DNA of 64,000 bases, from assembly GCA_035763605.1 (NCBI GenBank), contig DASUAV010000174.1, forward strand, positions 15,994 to 79,993, given 5' to 3'. Position numbers and translations under genes: made by a program. Numbering within the stretch: position 1 is the first letter of the stretch; each line of letters opens with the position of its first letter. Under the pieces are notes generated by a model. That model was not told where the DNA came from. It was given only the letters and a program-made list of their open reading frames with translations, and ran no database searches. Origin of the DNA: Candidatus Acidiferrales bacterium. GTDB taxonomy: Bacteria > Acidobacteriota > Terriglobia > Acidiferrales > UBA7541. Below, one piece after another: positions 43,309 through 52,661 of the stretch.

Positions 43309-46251
43309 ATGGGGAGAAATGAAATGCACACCAAAACCCAGCAACTCAGTTCTTTGCACGCTCAGTCGATCCAGGAAAGCAGCCTAATACGATGCCGGCG
43401 CTGGATGGCGACTATAGCGGTGTTGAGCACCTTGTTATGCGTCAGCATTGGCCTAGCCGGGTGTGCACTGAGCGGCTCCTCTGCGACTCCGCCTCCACCC
43501 TCAAGTCTAAGCATAACTACGCCGAGCCTCACGTCGGCTAAGCAGCAGTCCACTTACAATGCAGTATTAACCGCTACCGGCGGCAGCTCTCCTTACCATT
43601 GGAGTGTCAGCTCCGGCTCTTTGCCGAGCGGATTGTTCTTGACGAGCTCGACTGGCGTAATTTCCGGAACCGCCGCGCAGTCAGGGAGCTTCCCTTTCAC
43701 AGTCCAAGCTCAGGATTCTTCTTCGCCGATACAGACGGCCACTCATAACTACACAATCTCCGTTTCTGCTCCGAATTCCAGTTCGGGCGTCAGCATTACC
43801 ACCAGCAGTATGCCTCCTGGAACGGTTGGAGCTTCCTATTCAAAGACTCTGAGTGCCAGCGGCGGCACGTCGCCTTATACATGGGGAATCGCTTCCGGTG
43901 CACTGCCTGCGGGGATCTCACTGAACGCGTCCACGGGAACGGTATCGGGGACCCCTTCTCAGCAGGGAACTGCGAATTTCACAGTAAAAGTATCGGATTC
44001 AGCTCAGCAAAGCGCGCAAGCTGCATTGAGTATCAATGTCTCGACTGGTACGAACAATACTTCGCTGATTATCACTACAACTTCTCTCCCCGCTGCCCAA
44101 GTTTCGGTGCCGTATTCGGCAACAGTCACAGCGAGTAATGGCACGGCGCCATATACGTGGAGCCTGGCATCGAATTCCGGGCCGCTGCCTGCTGGACTGA
44201 CCCTATCCGCTACGACCGGCACAATTTCCGGCACCCCGACTACCGCAAGCGCATACAACTTTACGATCCAGGTCTCCGACAGCAGTGCTCCGCAACAAAG
44301 CGCTTCCCAGACGTTCACTCTTTCTACGTCCGGCGTAGCGCTGGATCAGTACGGCGGCCGCGAAGATATAAAATGCGCGACCGCGACCGGCGTCTTCCAC
44401 GTGGAAAAAATTCAGAATCAATGGTGGTTCTGCACGCCGCTGGGAAATGCCTTCTTTATGCAGGGCATTTATGTCGTTTCTGCAAGTGATTCCAATTATT
44501 CAGCGGCAGTTACCGCCAAATACGGGGATAACGGTCCTCAGTGGAGCATCCACACGAACCAGAGGATGGAAAGCTGGGGATTCAACACCCTCGGCATTTA
44601 TGCGAACCGGATAAATCTTCCCACTACGACGGACAACCGTTTTCCACTTGACTCCCAAGGCCTGCATTCCCAGCCCGTGAAAATGCCTTTCATATTGGTG
44701 GTGAGGCCCGCTTTGTATTCCATGGAAAACCCCGCGATCTCAACAGTTAACTTCACCAACCAGCAATTCCTTACCGAGCCTGTTAAGAACATGCTCGGAG
44801 GGCTAAGTCCCGTTTATACCGGCTTTAGGCCCGCTAACGGAGTGGCTGACTACTTCGACGTCAACATGAGAAACTGGCTCGATCAGGACCTGAGTTTGGA
44901 ATCGGGAATAAACCAAATTGCCAAGTCTCCCTATTTCCCGTATGTATTAGGAATCGGCACCGATGATGGAGACGAAATGTTCGGCTTCGGAGCCGGCGAT
45001 GCTCTTCCCACACAGCCGCTCGGCCACACGAATCCCAATCTCTCCTGGTTGGTTGCCACAATGGCTCCCGTTCAGACAGCCAGCTCAAAATTGAAAGCCG
45101 TCTATGGTGATACCACCGTGTACACCAAGAAGGCCTGGCACGACATGCTTGTAGCGAAGTACGGATCAATCGCAGCCCTAAATACAGCTTGGGGCTCAAA
45201 CTACAGCACGTTCGACTCCTCCGGCACACCTGTCTCGGGTGAATCGGTTGGGACAGGGAACGGAAGCACGCTCAGTTTCTCGCATTCAATTTCTAAACTC
45301 ACTCCTACCGCCCATTCGATACAGATTTTGCTCAACGGTACTCCTATTGGAGGCGATCTCGGAAACGGCACGATTTACGGACCAACTCTGGCGACCACAA
45401 GCGCAATTAACTACACCACCGGCTTGCTGCAAGTGAACTTTACGTCCGGAAATGCTCCCGCTTCGGGAGCGGTAATCACGGTCAGCTACATTCAAAATGG
45501 CTGGGGCATCGGCAGCGGACTAATGGACGAAGACGGGCGCGTTGCTCATCAAGCATGGCTGGGCATCGATTACACCAGCCTGTCGGATACAAACGCAAAC
45601 GTCAAAACTGACCTTAACAATTTCCTTTTTTCGATGGCCGATCAGTACCTCGGTATGTGCGCCACGGAAATCAAAAAGGTGTTCCCCAATCTGCTATTCC
45701 TCGGCCCAGACAGCCTGGGCAGCTACGGAGATCCGCCGCGCTCACAAGTGCTGCAAGCTGCGACGAAATATCTTGACGTTCTTTCTGGGCCCGGCGACAT
45801 CGAGCGAAGCCAGGCGGCAATCGATTTCCTCGGTCAGTACTTCGGCGATAAGCCGGTTATTGAGGGGCAGTATCGTTCCGCCAACGCCGACTCGGCCTGG
45901 AGTTCGGTCACAAAGACGATTGATAACATTCATGAGTTTGCAACCCAGCAGGCTCGCGGACAAGACTACTATAATGACGTCACCACCTTGCAGTCTCTCT
46001 CGTACACCGCCATCGGCTCACATCCATTCATCGGCGCATCGTGGTGGCAATACACCGACAATCGAAGTGAGCAGCGGAACTGGGGTTTGGTCACATTGTT
46101 AGATAATGCGTATGACGGACACGAAGCCGTTTCCGCGCAAGTTTCCTGCTCCGCTCCGATTCAGGGCTTCACGTGTGGCGGCGAGGCGGGCAACTACGGC
46201 GATGTCATCACGCAGGTACGCGCTGCTAACCTGTTCTGGCTGACTCATTAG
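43309..46251 (+). CDS. large lipoprotein: three Ig-like (He_PIG-type) repeats + ~640-aa domain of unknown family
   Basis: The start is uncertain (43309, 43324 or 43405; the longest ORF starts at 43123). Lipobox 'GLAGC'. Repeats carry 'LPSGL.L...TG.ISGTP'. The C-terminal domain is paralogous to 50687..52651. Confidence 0.8.
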   Translation: MGRNEMHTKTQQLSSLHAQSIQESSLIRCRRWMATIAVLSTLLCVSIGLAGCALSGSSATPPPPSSLSITTPSLTSAKQQSTYNAVLTATGGSSPYHWSVSSGSLPSGLFLTSSTGVISGTAAQSGSFPFTVQAQDSSSPIQTATHNYTISVSAPNSSSGVSITTSSMPPGTVGASYSKTLSASGGTSPYTWGIASGALPAGISLNASTGTVSGTPSQQGTANFTVKVSDSAQQSAQAALSINVSTGTNNTSLIITTTSLPAAQVSVPYSATVTASNGTAPYTWSLASNSGPLPAGLTLSATTGTISGTPTTASAYNFTIQVSDSSAPQQSASQTFTLSTSGVALDQYGGREDIKCATATGVFHVEKIQNQWWFCTPLGNAFFMQGIYVVSASDSNYSAAVTAKYGDNGPQWSIHTNQRMESWGFNTLGIYANRINLPTTTDNRFPLDSQGLHSQPVKMPFILVVRPALYSMENPAISTVNFTNQQFLTEPVKNMLGGLSPVYTGFRPANGVADYFDVNMRNWLDQDLSLESGINQIAKSPYFPYVLGIGTDDGDEMFGFGAGDALPTQPLGHTNPNLSWLVATMAPVQTASSKLKAVYGDTTVYTKKAWHDMLVAKYGSIAALNTAWGSNYSTFDSSGTPVSGESVGTGNGSTLSFSHSISKLTPTAHSIQILLNGTPIGGDLGNGTIYGPTLATTSAINYTTGLLQVNFTSGNAPASGAVITVSYIQNGWGIGSGLMDEDGRVAHQAWLGIDYTSLSDTNANVKTDLNNFLFSMADQYLGMCATEIKKVFPNLLFLGPDSLGSYGDPPRSQVLQAATKYLDVLSGPGDIERSQAAIDFLGQYFGDKPVIEGQYRSANADSAWSSVTKTIDNIHEFATQQARGQDYYNDVTTLQSLSYTAIGSHPFIGASWWQYTDNRSEQRNWGLVTLLDNAYDGHEAVSAQVSCSAPIQGFTCGGEAGNYGDVITQVRAANLFWLTH
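43504..44328 (+). repeat. three tandem ~90-aa Ig-like coding repeats inside the lipoprotein gene
   Basis: The repeats begin 'LSITTPSLTSA...TATGGSSPYHWSV..GSLPSGL', 'VSITTSSMPPG...SASGGTSPYTWGI..GALPAGI' and 'LIITTTSLPAA...TASNGTAPYTWSL...GPLPAGL'. Confidence 0.75.
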
Positions 46252-46471
46252 GCTCCCGGCTAGCCGCGACGAGAAGCGGCGCAGAAGCATGTGGCTGGCA
46301 CGGAGAGCCCCGCCGCAGAGAGCGCACAATCGCGGACTCTCAAAGGCTAAACAACTGTTTGATTCGAATTTACGCGGTGTCGTTTTGCGCGCGAATTGGC
46401 TGGTAGCCAGTATCCGACGTGCATTATGCCTGCATCGGATTATTCACAATTTCCGGCGTTCTTTGCTGGCA

Positions 46472-47560
46472 TCAAGTAGCAACCTTTGTTTCCGCGCGAA
46501 CCGTGTTTACTTCCGTGCCGCTCTTCCAAGCAGAGAGATCGCGACCAAGCAATGCCTCAGTAGCTTCGATCTGGGGTCCGATCGCGGTTCGGAGGCGGAC
46601 CGCTGTCTGCGTGTCCAGAGACGGCATCTCCGTGAAGACCACTTTCCGAAGCTGTTTGCCTAAAGACGTTCGCGCGGCGATCTCTACCATTCTTTGCGCT
46701 CCATGCCGGCGTACCCAGTGAAGAAACGCTTCGAATTTGTCGGGTCGGTCCTTGCCGAGGCGAAAAAACCATCGCAGAAAACGTCCAAAGGCAGTCCCTC
46801 GCGGCATCTGTTTGAGAGCGTGGACGCGCTGCTCTGGAGCAACCGGAGCACGGCGCACATCGATTGTGGGAATCCCAATAAAGTCGCAGATTTGACTGAT
46901 GTAGCTCTGCGGAGATGCGACGAAATCATCGTACAGCACAACAAGCACTCTAGCTTCGCCGAAAGTCGCTTGCCAAAGACGGACGTATTTGGCGTAATCG
47001 CATGCGTCTATAATTTCAGCCCAATGCTTTTCCGTGGCTTCGGCAAAGCTCACGGTCGTGCGTCCATTCCAAACGCTCAATCTGTAAAGCGAATACTGGC
47101 GTTCGACCGGGTCCCTCAACGTTATTATAATTCTGCAGCCAGGAATATCCCGGGCGATCCGCTCGCGGGCTTCACGATTGTAGAAATAAGTCGGGGCGAT
47201 CTCGCCGGCAGGTTTTTCTCCCGGGCAATTCGCGAAGTATTTTGCATACAGGGACAAACCCTTGTCGTAATCACGGTCAAAAAAATTGGTCTCTTTGATG
47301 TTCGCAGGCAAGCCGACGCTTCCCACTAAGAACTGGTGAAGCCATGTTGTGCCAGTACGCGTAGGGCCGACCGCAATGAAGCTGGGGAGGCGTGTGATGG
47401 TCTGATCTCCCTGCTTCGCGCTTGCGAGGCTCGGCGCGTTGTCATTCCCGCTTCTCGTCAAGGAGTCAGCCTTTCCCGATTTGCTTGTTGAGTTTAAGGA
47501 GTGCACAGGCTCCAAAATCCTTCGCGATCTTGTTCTATTCTCTGCCCGATACAGGTACAT
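46472..47560 (-). CDS. sulfotransferase family protein
   Basis: PAPS 5'-phosphosulfate loop 'GPTRTGTTWLHQFL' and 3'-phosphate motif 'ITLRDPVERQYSLY'. The start is ATG 47560 or GTG 47563, overlapping the upstream sulfotransferase stop. Confidence 0.85.
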   Translation of the reverse strand: MYLYRAENRTRSRRILEPVHSLNSTSKSGKADSLTRSGNDNAPSLASAKQGDQTITRLPSFIAVGPTRTGTTWLHQFLVGSVGLPANIKETNFFDRDYDKGLSLYAKYFANCPGEKPAGEIAPTYFYNREARERIARDIPGCRIIITLRDPVERQYSLYRLSVWNGRTTVSFAEATEKHWAEIIDACDYAKYVRLWQATFGEARVLVVLYDDFVASPQSYISQICDFIGIPTIDVRRAPVAPEQRVHALKQMPRGTAFGRFLRWFFRLGKDRPDKFEAFLHWVRRHGAQRMVEIAARTSLGKQLRKVVFTEMPSLDTQTAVRLRTAIGPQIEATEALLGRDLSAWKSGTEVNTVRAETKVAT

Positions 47561-48410
47561 CACTGTCAGCCATGTGCGGTACGTTGGCTTGTTCAGATTG
47601 CAAATCGTACCCCAAGCTTCGCATCAGCGGACCCCATGCGGACTCAATTGCTGACACTTCCTCGGAATTCAAAGCTGATCGCCAACCTCCGGTCACTGCG
47701 GTGCGCACAAACCGAATATCTTTTCGTTTTGCCCGCGTTCCGATCCAGCGATCCTCATCGCGCTTTTCCAATTCCCTCATGCGTTCCGCCGTGCTTTTCT
47801 CCGCCGCTGTACTCAATCTAGCCCCATCGCACCGGATTCCCAAGAAATCAGCCACCTTCGCCAGCTCCGCTACGGTAGTCTTCTTCATTTTCTCGTACTG
47901 AAGCAGCAGGAAATCTTCTTTGCTGAATCGCGTACTTATCCAGCTGGCCACGTTTTCACCCCACGACGCGTATGTCGGATCCACTTCTCCCAGAACAAAA
48001 CGCTGGACAAATTTGCTAATCGGATATCCGTCAGTAATAAATCCCTGTTTTAGATGAAAATAGTAATACGAAATCACCACGTCGCGCGGATCGCGGACGA
48101 TGTATATCAACTTCTTGTACCGCGGATCGAAGTATTGGTGAGTCTTTATGAGGCGTGGCCGGGGAATGCGGTCAAGCTCGCGGTGCGTGATGTTGATAAC
48201 ATCAGGAATCAGATAATCGATATTCAGGAAACTGACCTCTTTTTCAGGAAACAACAGATTCGCGATCAGAAACCGTGTCCACGTATTGCCCGATCGGGGA
48301 TAGGAAACCAGGAAACGATCATCCGGGTAAATCTTAAAATTGCGGCCTCCTCGGTTCAGCCCCATGAGGGTCTTGAATCCGTCGATCAGGTCCGCTGTTG
48401 TTCTCAGCAT
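47535..48410 (-). CDS. sulfotransferase domain protein
   Basis: 'VSYPRSGNTWTRFLIANLL' (5'-PSB loop) and 'IYIVRDPRDVVISYYYF' (3'-PB motif). Confidence 0.85.
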   Translation of the reverse strand: MLRTTADLIDGFKTLMGLNRGGRNFKIYPDDRFLVSYPRSGNTWTRFLIANLLFPEKEVSFLNIDYLIPDVINITHRELDRIPRPRLIKTHQYFDPRYKKLIYIVRDPRDVVISYYYFHLKQGFITDGYPISKFVQRFVLGEVDPTYASWGENVASWISTRFSKEDFLLLQYEKMKKTTVAELAKVADFLGIRCDGARLSTAAEKSTAERMRELEKRDEDRWIGTRAKRKDIRFVRTAVTGGWRSALNSEEVSAIESAWGPLMRSLGYDLQSEQANVPHMADSDVPVSGRE

Positions 48411-48663
48411 TCGGGGTCCCTTCGCCGAGCGACTGCGCGCCGCCGTATAGGCAGAACGACCTATGAGCTGGCCGTCTATCCGCGTTTACTTCGCATCAGC
48501 TCGATACTAGAATAGCCTTTGAACGCGAATGAGCCAAGATCAGCCGCATCAAACTTTTCTATGCGAGCGATACCTCATTCCGGAGCTTCGATAGAGACGT
48601 GAAACAGCCGAATTGTCGCTTGCGGGCAATTTCAACAGGCCGGACAGTAAACTCTGCTCGAAT

Positions 48664-49746
48664 ATGAATGCGCCATCCTCAACCGGTTCCCCTGAACGGA
48701 CTGCAAGAGAGCAGGAAGTGGAGGTCCTGACGGCTACAGAAGAAGACTCCACGCAGTGGAACGAGTATGTCTTCCGACGTGGGGAGTGTGCGAACTACCA
48801 TCGATGGGACTGGAAAAAAGTCATTGAGGAGGCATTTTGTTGGAAGACCTGTTACCTCGTCGCTAAGGACAAGGGTACGATATGCGGCATTTTGCCCTTG
48901 GCTGAGAACAAGAGCCGCCTTTTTGGGCATCTGCTATGTTCACTTCCTTTTTTCAGCGAGGCTGGAATTGTTGCGGACTCGCCGCCAGTTGCGAACGCAC
49001 TTGCGCAAGAAGCCGTTCGATTAACGGAGCGGGCTGGCGCCAAGTATATCGAGCTTCGCCACGCGCATGACATCGCTCCGTCCTGGCGCTCGAAAACAAA
49101 CAAGGTGACGCTCGTGTGCGATGTGTTTGCCGACCCGGAAGAAAATATGCAGCATCTCTCGACGAAAATGCGAACGAACGTGAGGCGCTCGTTAAAGTCA
49201 GGTTTTCAAGCAGAGTTCGGCGGGCGGGAATTCCTTGACGATTTTTATGAGATTTTTTGCCTCAAGATGCACGAATTGGGAACGCCTCCGTATGCCAAGA
49301 GATTTTTCCATCTTATTCTGAGCGCATTCCCGCAGGATGCCTTTATCTGCCGTGTGCGGCACGCCGGGAAGACAGTTGGAGCTGCTTTTCTCACCGGCTA
49401 CCGCGATACAATTGAAGCAAACTGGAGTGCCTGTGCTGGAGACGCGATGTCGCTTCGGCCAAACATGTTTCTGTTTTGGGAACTGCTTTGTTTTGCGGGG
49501 CGAAAGGGCTATCGCACATTCGATTTTGGTCGCTCTTCGATCGATTCCGGGACGTACCGCTTTAAGCAGCAATGGAATACTCGCGTGGTGCCTCTAAATT
49601 GGAACTACTGGAGCAAGTCGGGCGAGCAGGCACTGGAACTGAATCCGGCTAATCCGCGATATCAGGCGGCCATCTGGGCGTGGAAACATTTGCCGCTCTC
49701 AATTACAAAGCTGGTTGGCCCGGCGATTGCCCGATGCCTGCCGTGA
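48664..49746 (+). CDS. FemAB-family protein, PEP-CTERM/exosortase-locus-associated type
   Basis: 'QWNEYVFRRGECANYHRWDWKKVIEEAFCWKTCYLVAKDKGTICGILPLA' and '...FRFKQQW' resemble the FemAB-related family found in exosortase loci. ATG 48664 gives ~360 aa. Confidence 0.7.
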   Translation: MNAPSSTGSPERTAREQEVEVLTATEEDSTQWNEYVFRRGECANYHRWDWKKVIEEAFCWKTCYLVAKDKGTICGILPLAENKSRLFGHLLCSLPFFSEAGIVADSPPVANALAQEAVRLTERAGAKYIELRHAHDIAPSWRSKTNKVTLVCDVFADPEENMQHLSTKMRTNVRRSLKSGFQAEFGGREFLDDFYEIFCLKMHELGTPPYAKRFFHLILSAFPQDAFICRVRHAGKTVGAAFLTGYRDTIEANWSACAGDAMSLRPNMFLFWELLCFAGRKGYRTFDFGRSSIDSGTYRFKQQWNTRVVPLNWNYWSKSGEQALELNPANPRYQAAIWAWKHLPLSITKLVGPAIARCLP

Positions 49747-50690
49747 ACGCCGGGCCGCTCGCCGAGACAGTCCGCGTCTCGGTGATAATTCCCACGAAGA
49801 ATCGCGCTGCGGACCTGGAACGAACGATCGACACGCTTCTGATTCAGACAGTGAAACCATTCGAAATAATCCTTATCGATCAAAGCGCAAAGCCGTCATT
49901 TACCAGAAATCTATCCATTCCGATGCATTACATTCATGACTCTGCGCTCTCTGGGGCTTCTGTGGCTCGAAATGTCGGAATGCGCGGAGCCAAGGGAGAC
50001 ATTTGGCTGTTTCTCGACGACGATGTTGTCCTGGAGCCGAATTTCATCGAAGAAATCCTAAAAACCTATCGCGAAGATGTTACCGGAGTGTCCGGGATCA
50101 TTACCAATTACTCGATGCCGCCATTGCGCCAGAGGTTCTGGGAGAAGCTTTTCCAGAAAGGCCCATTCCGCGATGAGAGACAGACCGTCTATCGAAACGT
50201 GAGTCGGCACAGCCAGGTTGGATCTGTTCGGGTCCGGTTTTTTGGAGCTGGGCTCATGAGTTTTCGCGCGGAAGCGATTCGTGAGCACCGATTCGACCCC
50301 CGCTTAACAGGCCCGTCTCCCGGTGAAGATGTGGATTTCTGCTTGCGATTGCCGAAAGAGAGTACATTGCTGATTACACCGCGCGCCCGACTGATTCATA
50401 ACCGCAGTCCCGAGAATAGAAAGAGTTCCCACTGGCTGAGTGTCCAATCCCAGGTTTTTTACTACTTGAGGGAGCGGCACTGGCGGCAAGGAATGTGGAA
50501 CAACATTTGTTTTGCGTGGCTTAAGATGGGCTACGCAGTGCTTGCCAGCTATTCGTTCGTCAGAACTGGATCTCTAGAGGCTTGGCACGCCTGGTGCGCG
50601 GGAGCGAAAAAGGGCAGGGAGCTAGCCGCGCCAGGATCAAGCCAAACAAACAATGTCATCCGTAGCTCGATAAAAGGGAGCAGGAGATGA
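49734..50690 (+). CDS. glycosyltransferase family 2
   Basis: 'VSVIIPTKNRAADLERTIDTLLIQTVKPFEIILIDQS' and 'LFLDDDVVL' (DxD). ATG 49734 overlaps the FemAB stop by 13 nt. Its stop overlaps the next ATG (ATGA). Confidence 0.85.
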   Translation: MPAVNAGPLAETVRVSVIIPTKNRAADLERTIDTLLIQTVKPFEIILIDQSAKPSFTRNLSIPMHYIHDSALSGASVARNVGMRGAKGDIWLFLDDDVVLEPNFIEEILKTYREDVTGVSGIITNYSMPPLRQRFWEKLFQKGPFRDERQTVYRNVSRHSQVGSVRVRFFGAGLMSFRAEAIREHRFDPRLTGPSPGEDVDFCLRLPKESTLLITPRARLIHNRSPENRKSSHWLSVQSQVFYYLRERHWRQGMWNNICFAWLKMGYAVLASYSFVRTGSLEAWHAWCAGAKKGRELAAPGSSQTNNVIRSSIKGSRR

Positions 50691-52651
50691 AAAGGGCTTT
50701 TCTCATTATCCTAATTCTGCCATTGCTGTCTGGAATTGCCACAGCGCAGGACTTTGATAATTACGGCGGGTTGAAGTCAATTAAATGCGGGAAGGCAACG
50801 GGACACTTCACCGTAGAGAAGCTCGGAACTCAATGGTGGCTGTGTACGCCCGAAGGCAATGGATTTTTCATGCAGGGTGTGTACGCCATTGCGGCTTCGA
50901 CGAACAAGACTCTCGACCAAGCCGCGAAAGCCAAGTACGGCGATAGCAATGGTCCACTTTGGACAGAGGCCACTTTGCGCCGAATTAAATCATGGGAGTT
51001 CAACGCGCTGGGAATCTACGCCTCAGCCCATCTTTTGCCGATAGACGACAATCGCTCGTTTCCGAAAACAATCAAGCTCCCCTTTATCAGTGTGACGCGC
51101 CCCGCTCTTTATAGTATGAGGAATCCGCAAATTGACGTCTATCATTCCAAAGGGCAAAAGCTTCTCGATGACCCCGTAAAGAATATGCTTTATGGCGCAA
51201 GCGAGGTGTACAAGGGCTATCGGCCCGGTCCCGGAGTTGCGGACTATTTCGACAAGGACTTCAAGCTCTGGTTGCAGAGGGATCTGCAGGTATCGCAGCA
51301 ATTTCAGCTCCTTAAGTCGTCTCCCAACGCGACGTACCTAATAGGAATTGGGGAGGATGACGGGGATGAAATGTTCGGATTTGGCGCGGGCGATGCTTTT
51401 CCGACCACTCCGCCCGGGCATAACAATCCGCACCTTTCCTGGCTGGTGGCCACGATGTCGCCGGTGCAGACTGCCAATGCCCGATATAAAGCCGTATATA
51501 CGGACACGACGGTTTATACAAAGAAAGCCTGGCGAGACAGCCTTGCTGCAAAGTACGGAACAATCGCACAGCTTAACAAGGCATGGAGTGCGAGTTACAC
51601 GACTTTCGATTCCACAGGCACACCGATACAAGGTGAGGCGGTCGGAGTGGGCGACGGTTCCACGCTTGTGTTCAGTCACACCCTGGAACGGCCCGTGGCG
51701 AGTCCATTCTCCGTGCAGATCTTTGTGAACGGCACGCCTGCAGCGGGCGATATTGGAAAGGGGAAGCTATACGGCCCATCGCTGGCATCCGGTTCGATTG
51801 ACTATGCAAATGGGAGACTCGATCTTGAGTTCGCCTCCGGTGAGGCTCCACAGAGGGACGCGAAGATTACGGTGAATTACATACAGAACGGATGGGGTAT
51901 AGGTTCCGGGCTGATGGATGAAGACGGCCGGGCTGCGCACCGCTCCTGGCTCGGCAGCGATTATTTCTCTCTGCGAGATACAAAGCCGGCGGTACGCGCG
52001 GATTTAGACGCTTTCCTCTATGCGCTCGCCAGCGAATATCTGGGTACGTGTCACGATGAAATAAAGGCGGCGTTCCCTAACGCTCTTCTCCTAGGACCGG
52101 ACAGCATAGGCAGCTGGGGTGCTCCACCGCGACCCCCTGTGCTGCAGGCGGCTTCCCGGTATGTCGATGTGCTTTCCGGGCCAGGTGATTTAGAAAGCCG
52201 CCCGGATGTCATCGAGTACTTGGGCAGATATTTTGGGGATAAACCGGTCATTGAAGGGCAATACCGCACCGCCGACGCGGACTCTCCGTGGGCGGCATTC
52301 GCAAAACGGGCAAACGGAATCCATGAATTTCCTACACAGCAGGCTCGCGGACAGGCTTACTACGAAGCGATTCAAGCTTTGCACTCCCGGTCTTATGCAA
52401 ATGGATCGCACCCATTCGTCGGAGAAGCATGGTGGCAGTATTCTGATAACAGTGGTGAAAAGAAGAATTGGGGTTTGATCACGCTCCTGGACAATGCTTA
52501 TGATGGTCATGAAGATGTGACAGCCGCAGTTTCCTGTTCTCCGCCCTTAGAGAAATACAAGTGCGGCGGAGAGGAGAAAAGCTATGGTGACGTTATCAGT
52601 CTGGTGCGTAAGGCAAATATGCTGTGGCTGGAAAACGCGGCCCCGAAGTAG
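50687..52651 (+). CDS. secreted protein of unknown family, paralog of the C-terminal domain of 43309..46251
   Basis: Signal peptide MKRAFLIILILPLLSGIATAQ. Long identical blocks shared with the lipoprotein include DDGDEMFGFGAGDA, LSWLVATM, TTVYTKKAW, YIQNGWGIGSGLMDEDGR, YFGDKPVIEGQYR and TLLDNAYDGHE. Confidence 0.8.
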   Translation: MKRAFLIILILPLLSGIATAQDFDNYGGLKSIKCGKATGHFTVEKLGTQWWLCTPEGNGFFMQGVYAIAASTNKTLDQAAKAKYGDSNGPLWTEATLRRIKSWEFNALGIYASAHLLPIDDNRSFPKTIKLPFISVTRPALYSMRNPQIDVYHSKGQKLLDDPVKNMLYGASEVYKGYRPGPGVADYFDKDFKLWLQRDLQVSQQFQLLKSSPNATYLIGIGEDDGDEMFGFGAGDAFPTTPPGHNNPHLSWLVATMSPVQTANARYKAVYTDTTVYTKKAWRDSLAAKYGTIAQLNKAWSASYTTFDSTGTPIQGEAVGVGDGSTLVFSHTLERPVASPFSVQIFVNGTPAAGDIGKGKLYGPSLASGSIDYANGRLDLEFASGEAPQRDAKITVNYIQNGWGIGSGLMDEDGRAAHRSWLGSDYFSLRDTKPAVRADLDAFLYALASEYLGTCHDEIKAAFPNALLLGPDSIGSWGAPPRPPVLQAASRYVDVLSGPGDLESRPDVIEYLGRYFGDKPVIEGQYRTADADSPWAAFAKRANGIHEFPTQQARGQAYYEAIQALHSRSYANGSHPFVGEAWWQYSDNSGEKKNWGLITLLDNAYDGHEDVTAAVSCSPPLEKYKCGGEEKSYGDVISLVRKANMLWLENAAPK

Positions 52652-52661
52652 CGAGTGCGAG

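Noticed and set aside
46252-46471. Terminators in the convergent gap after the lipoprotein gene, and the hairpins near 36966..36978 and 43110..43130
   Set aside because: Only 4-5 bp stems (for example GCCGC-N8-GCGGC, GCCTG-ccg-CAGGC) with no proper U tracts, or weak ones. Not strong enough to annotate. Only the 29621..29656 structure met the standard.
52652-52661. Ten-nt gap between convergent stops (secreted paralog versus Wzx) as a possible bidirectional terminator
   Set aside because: There is no room for a hairpin. Any termination signals must lie inside the coding regions and cannot be judged by eye.
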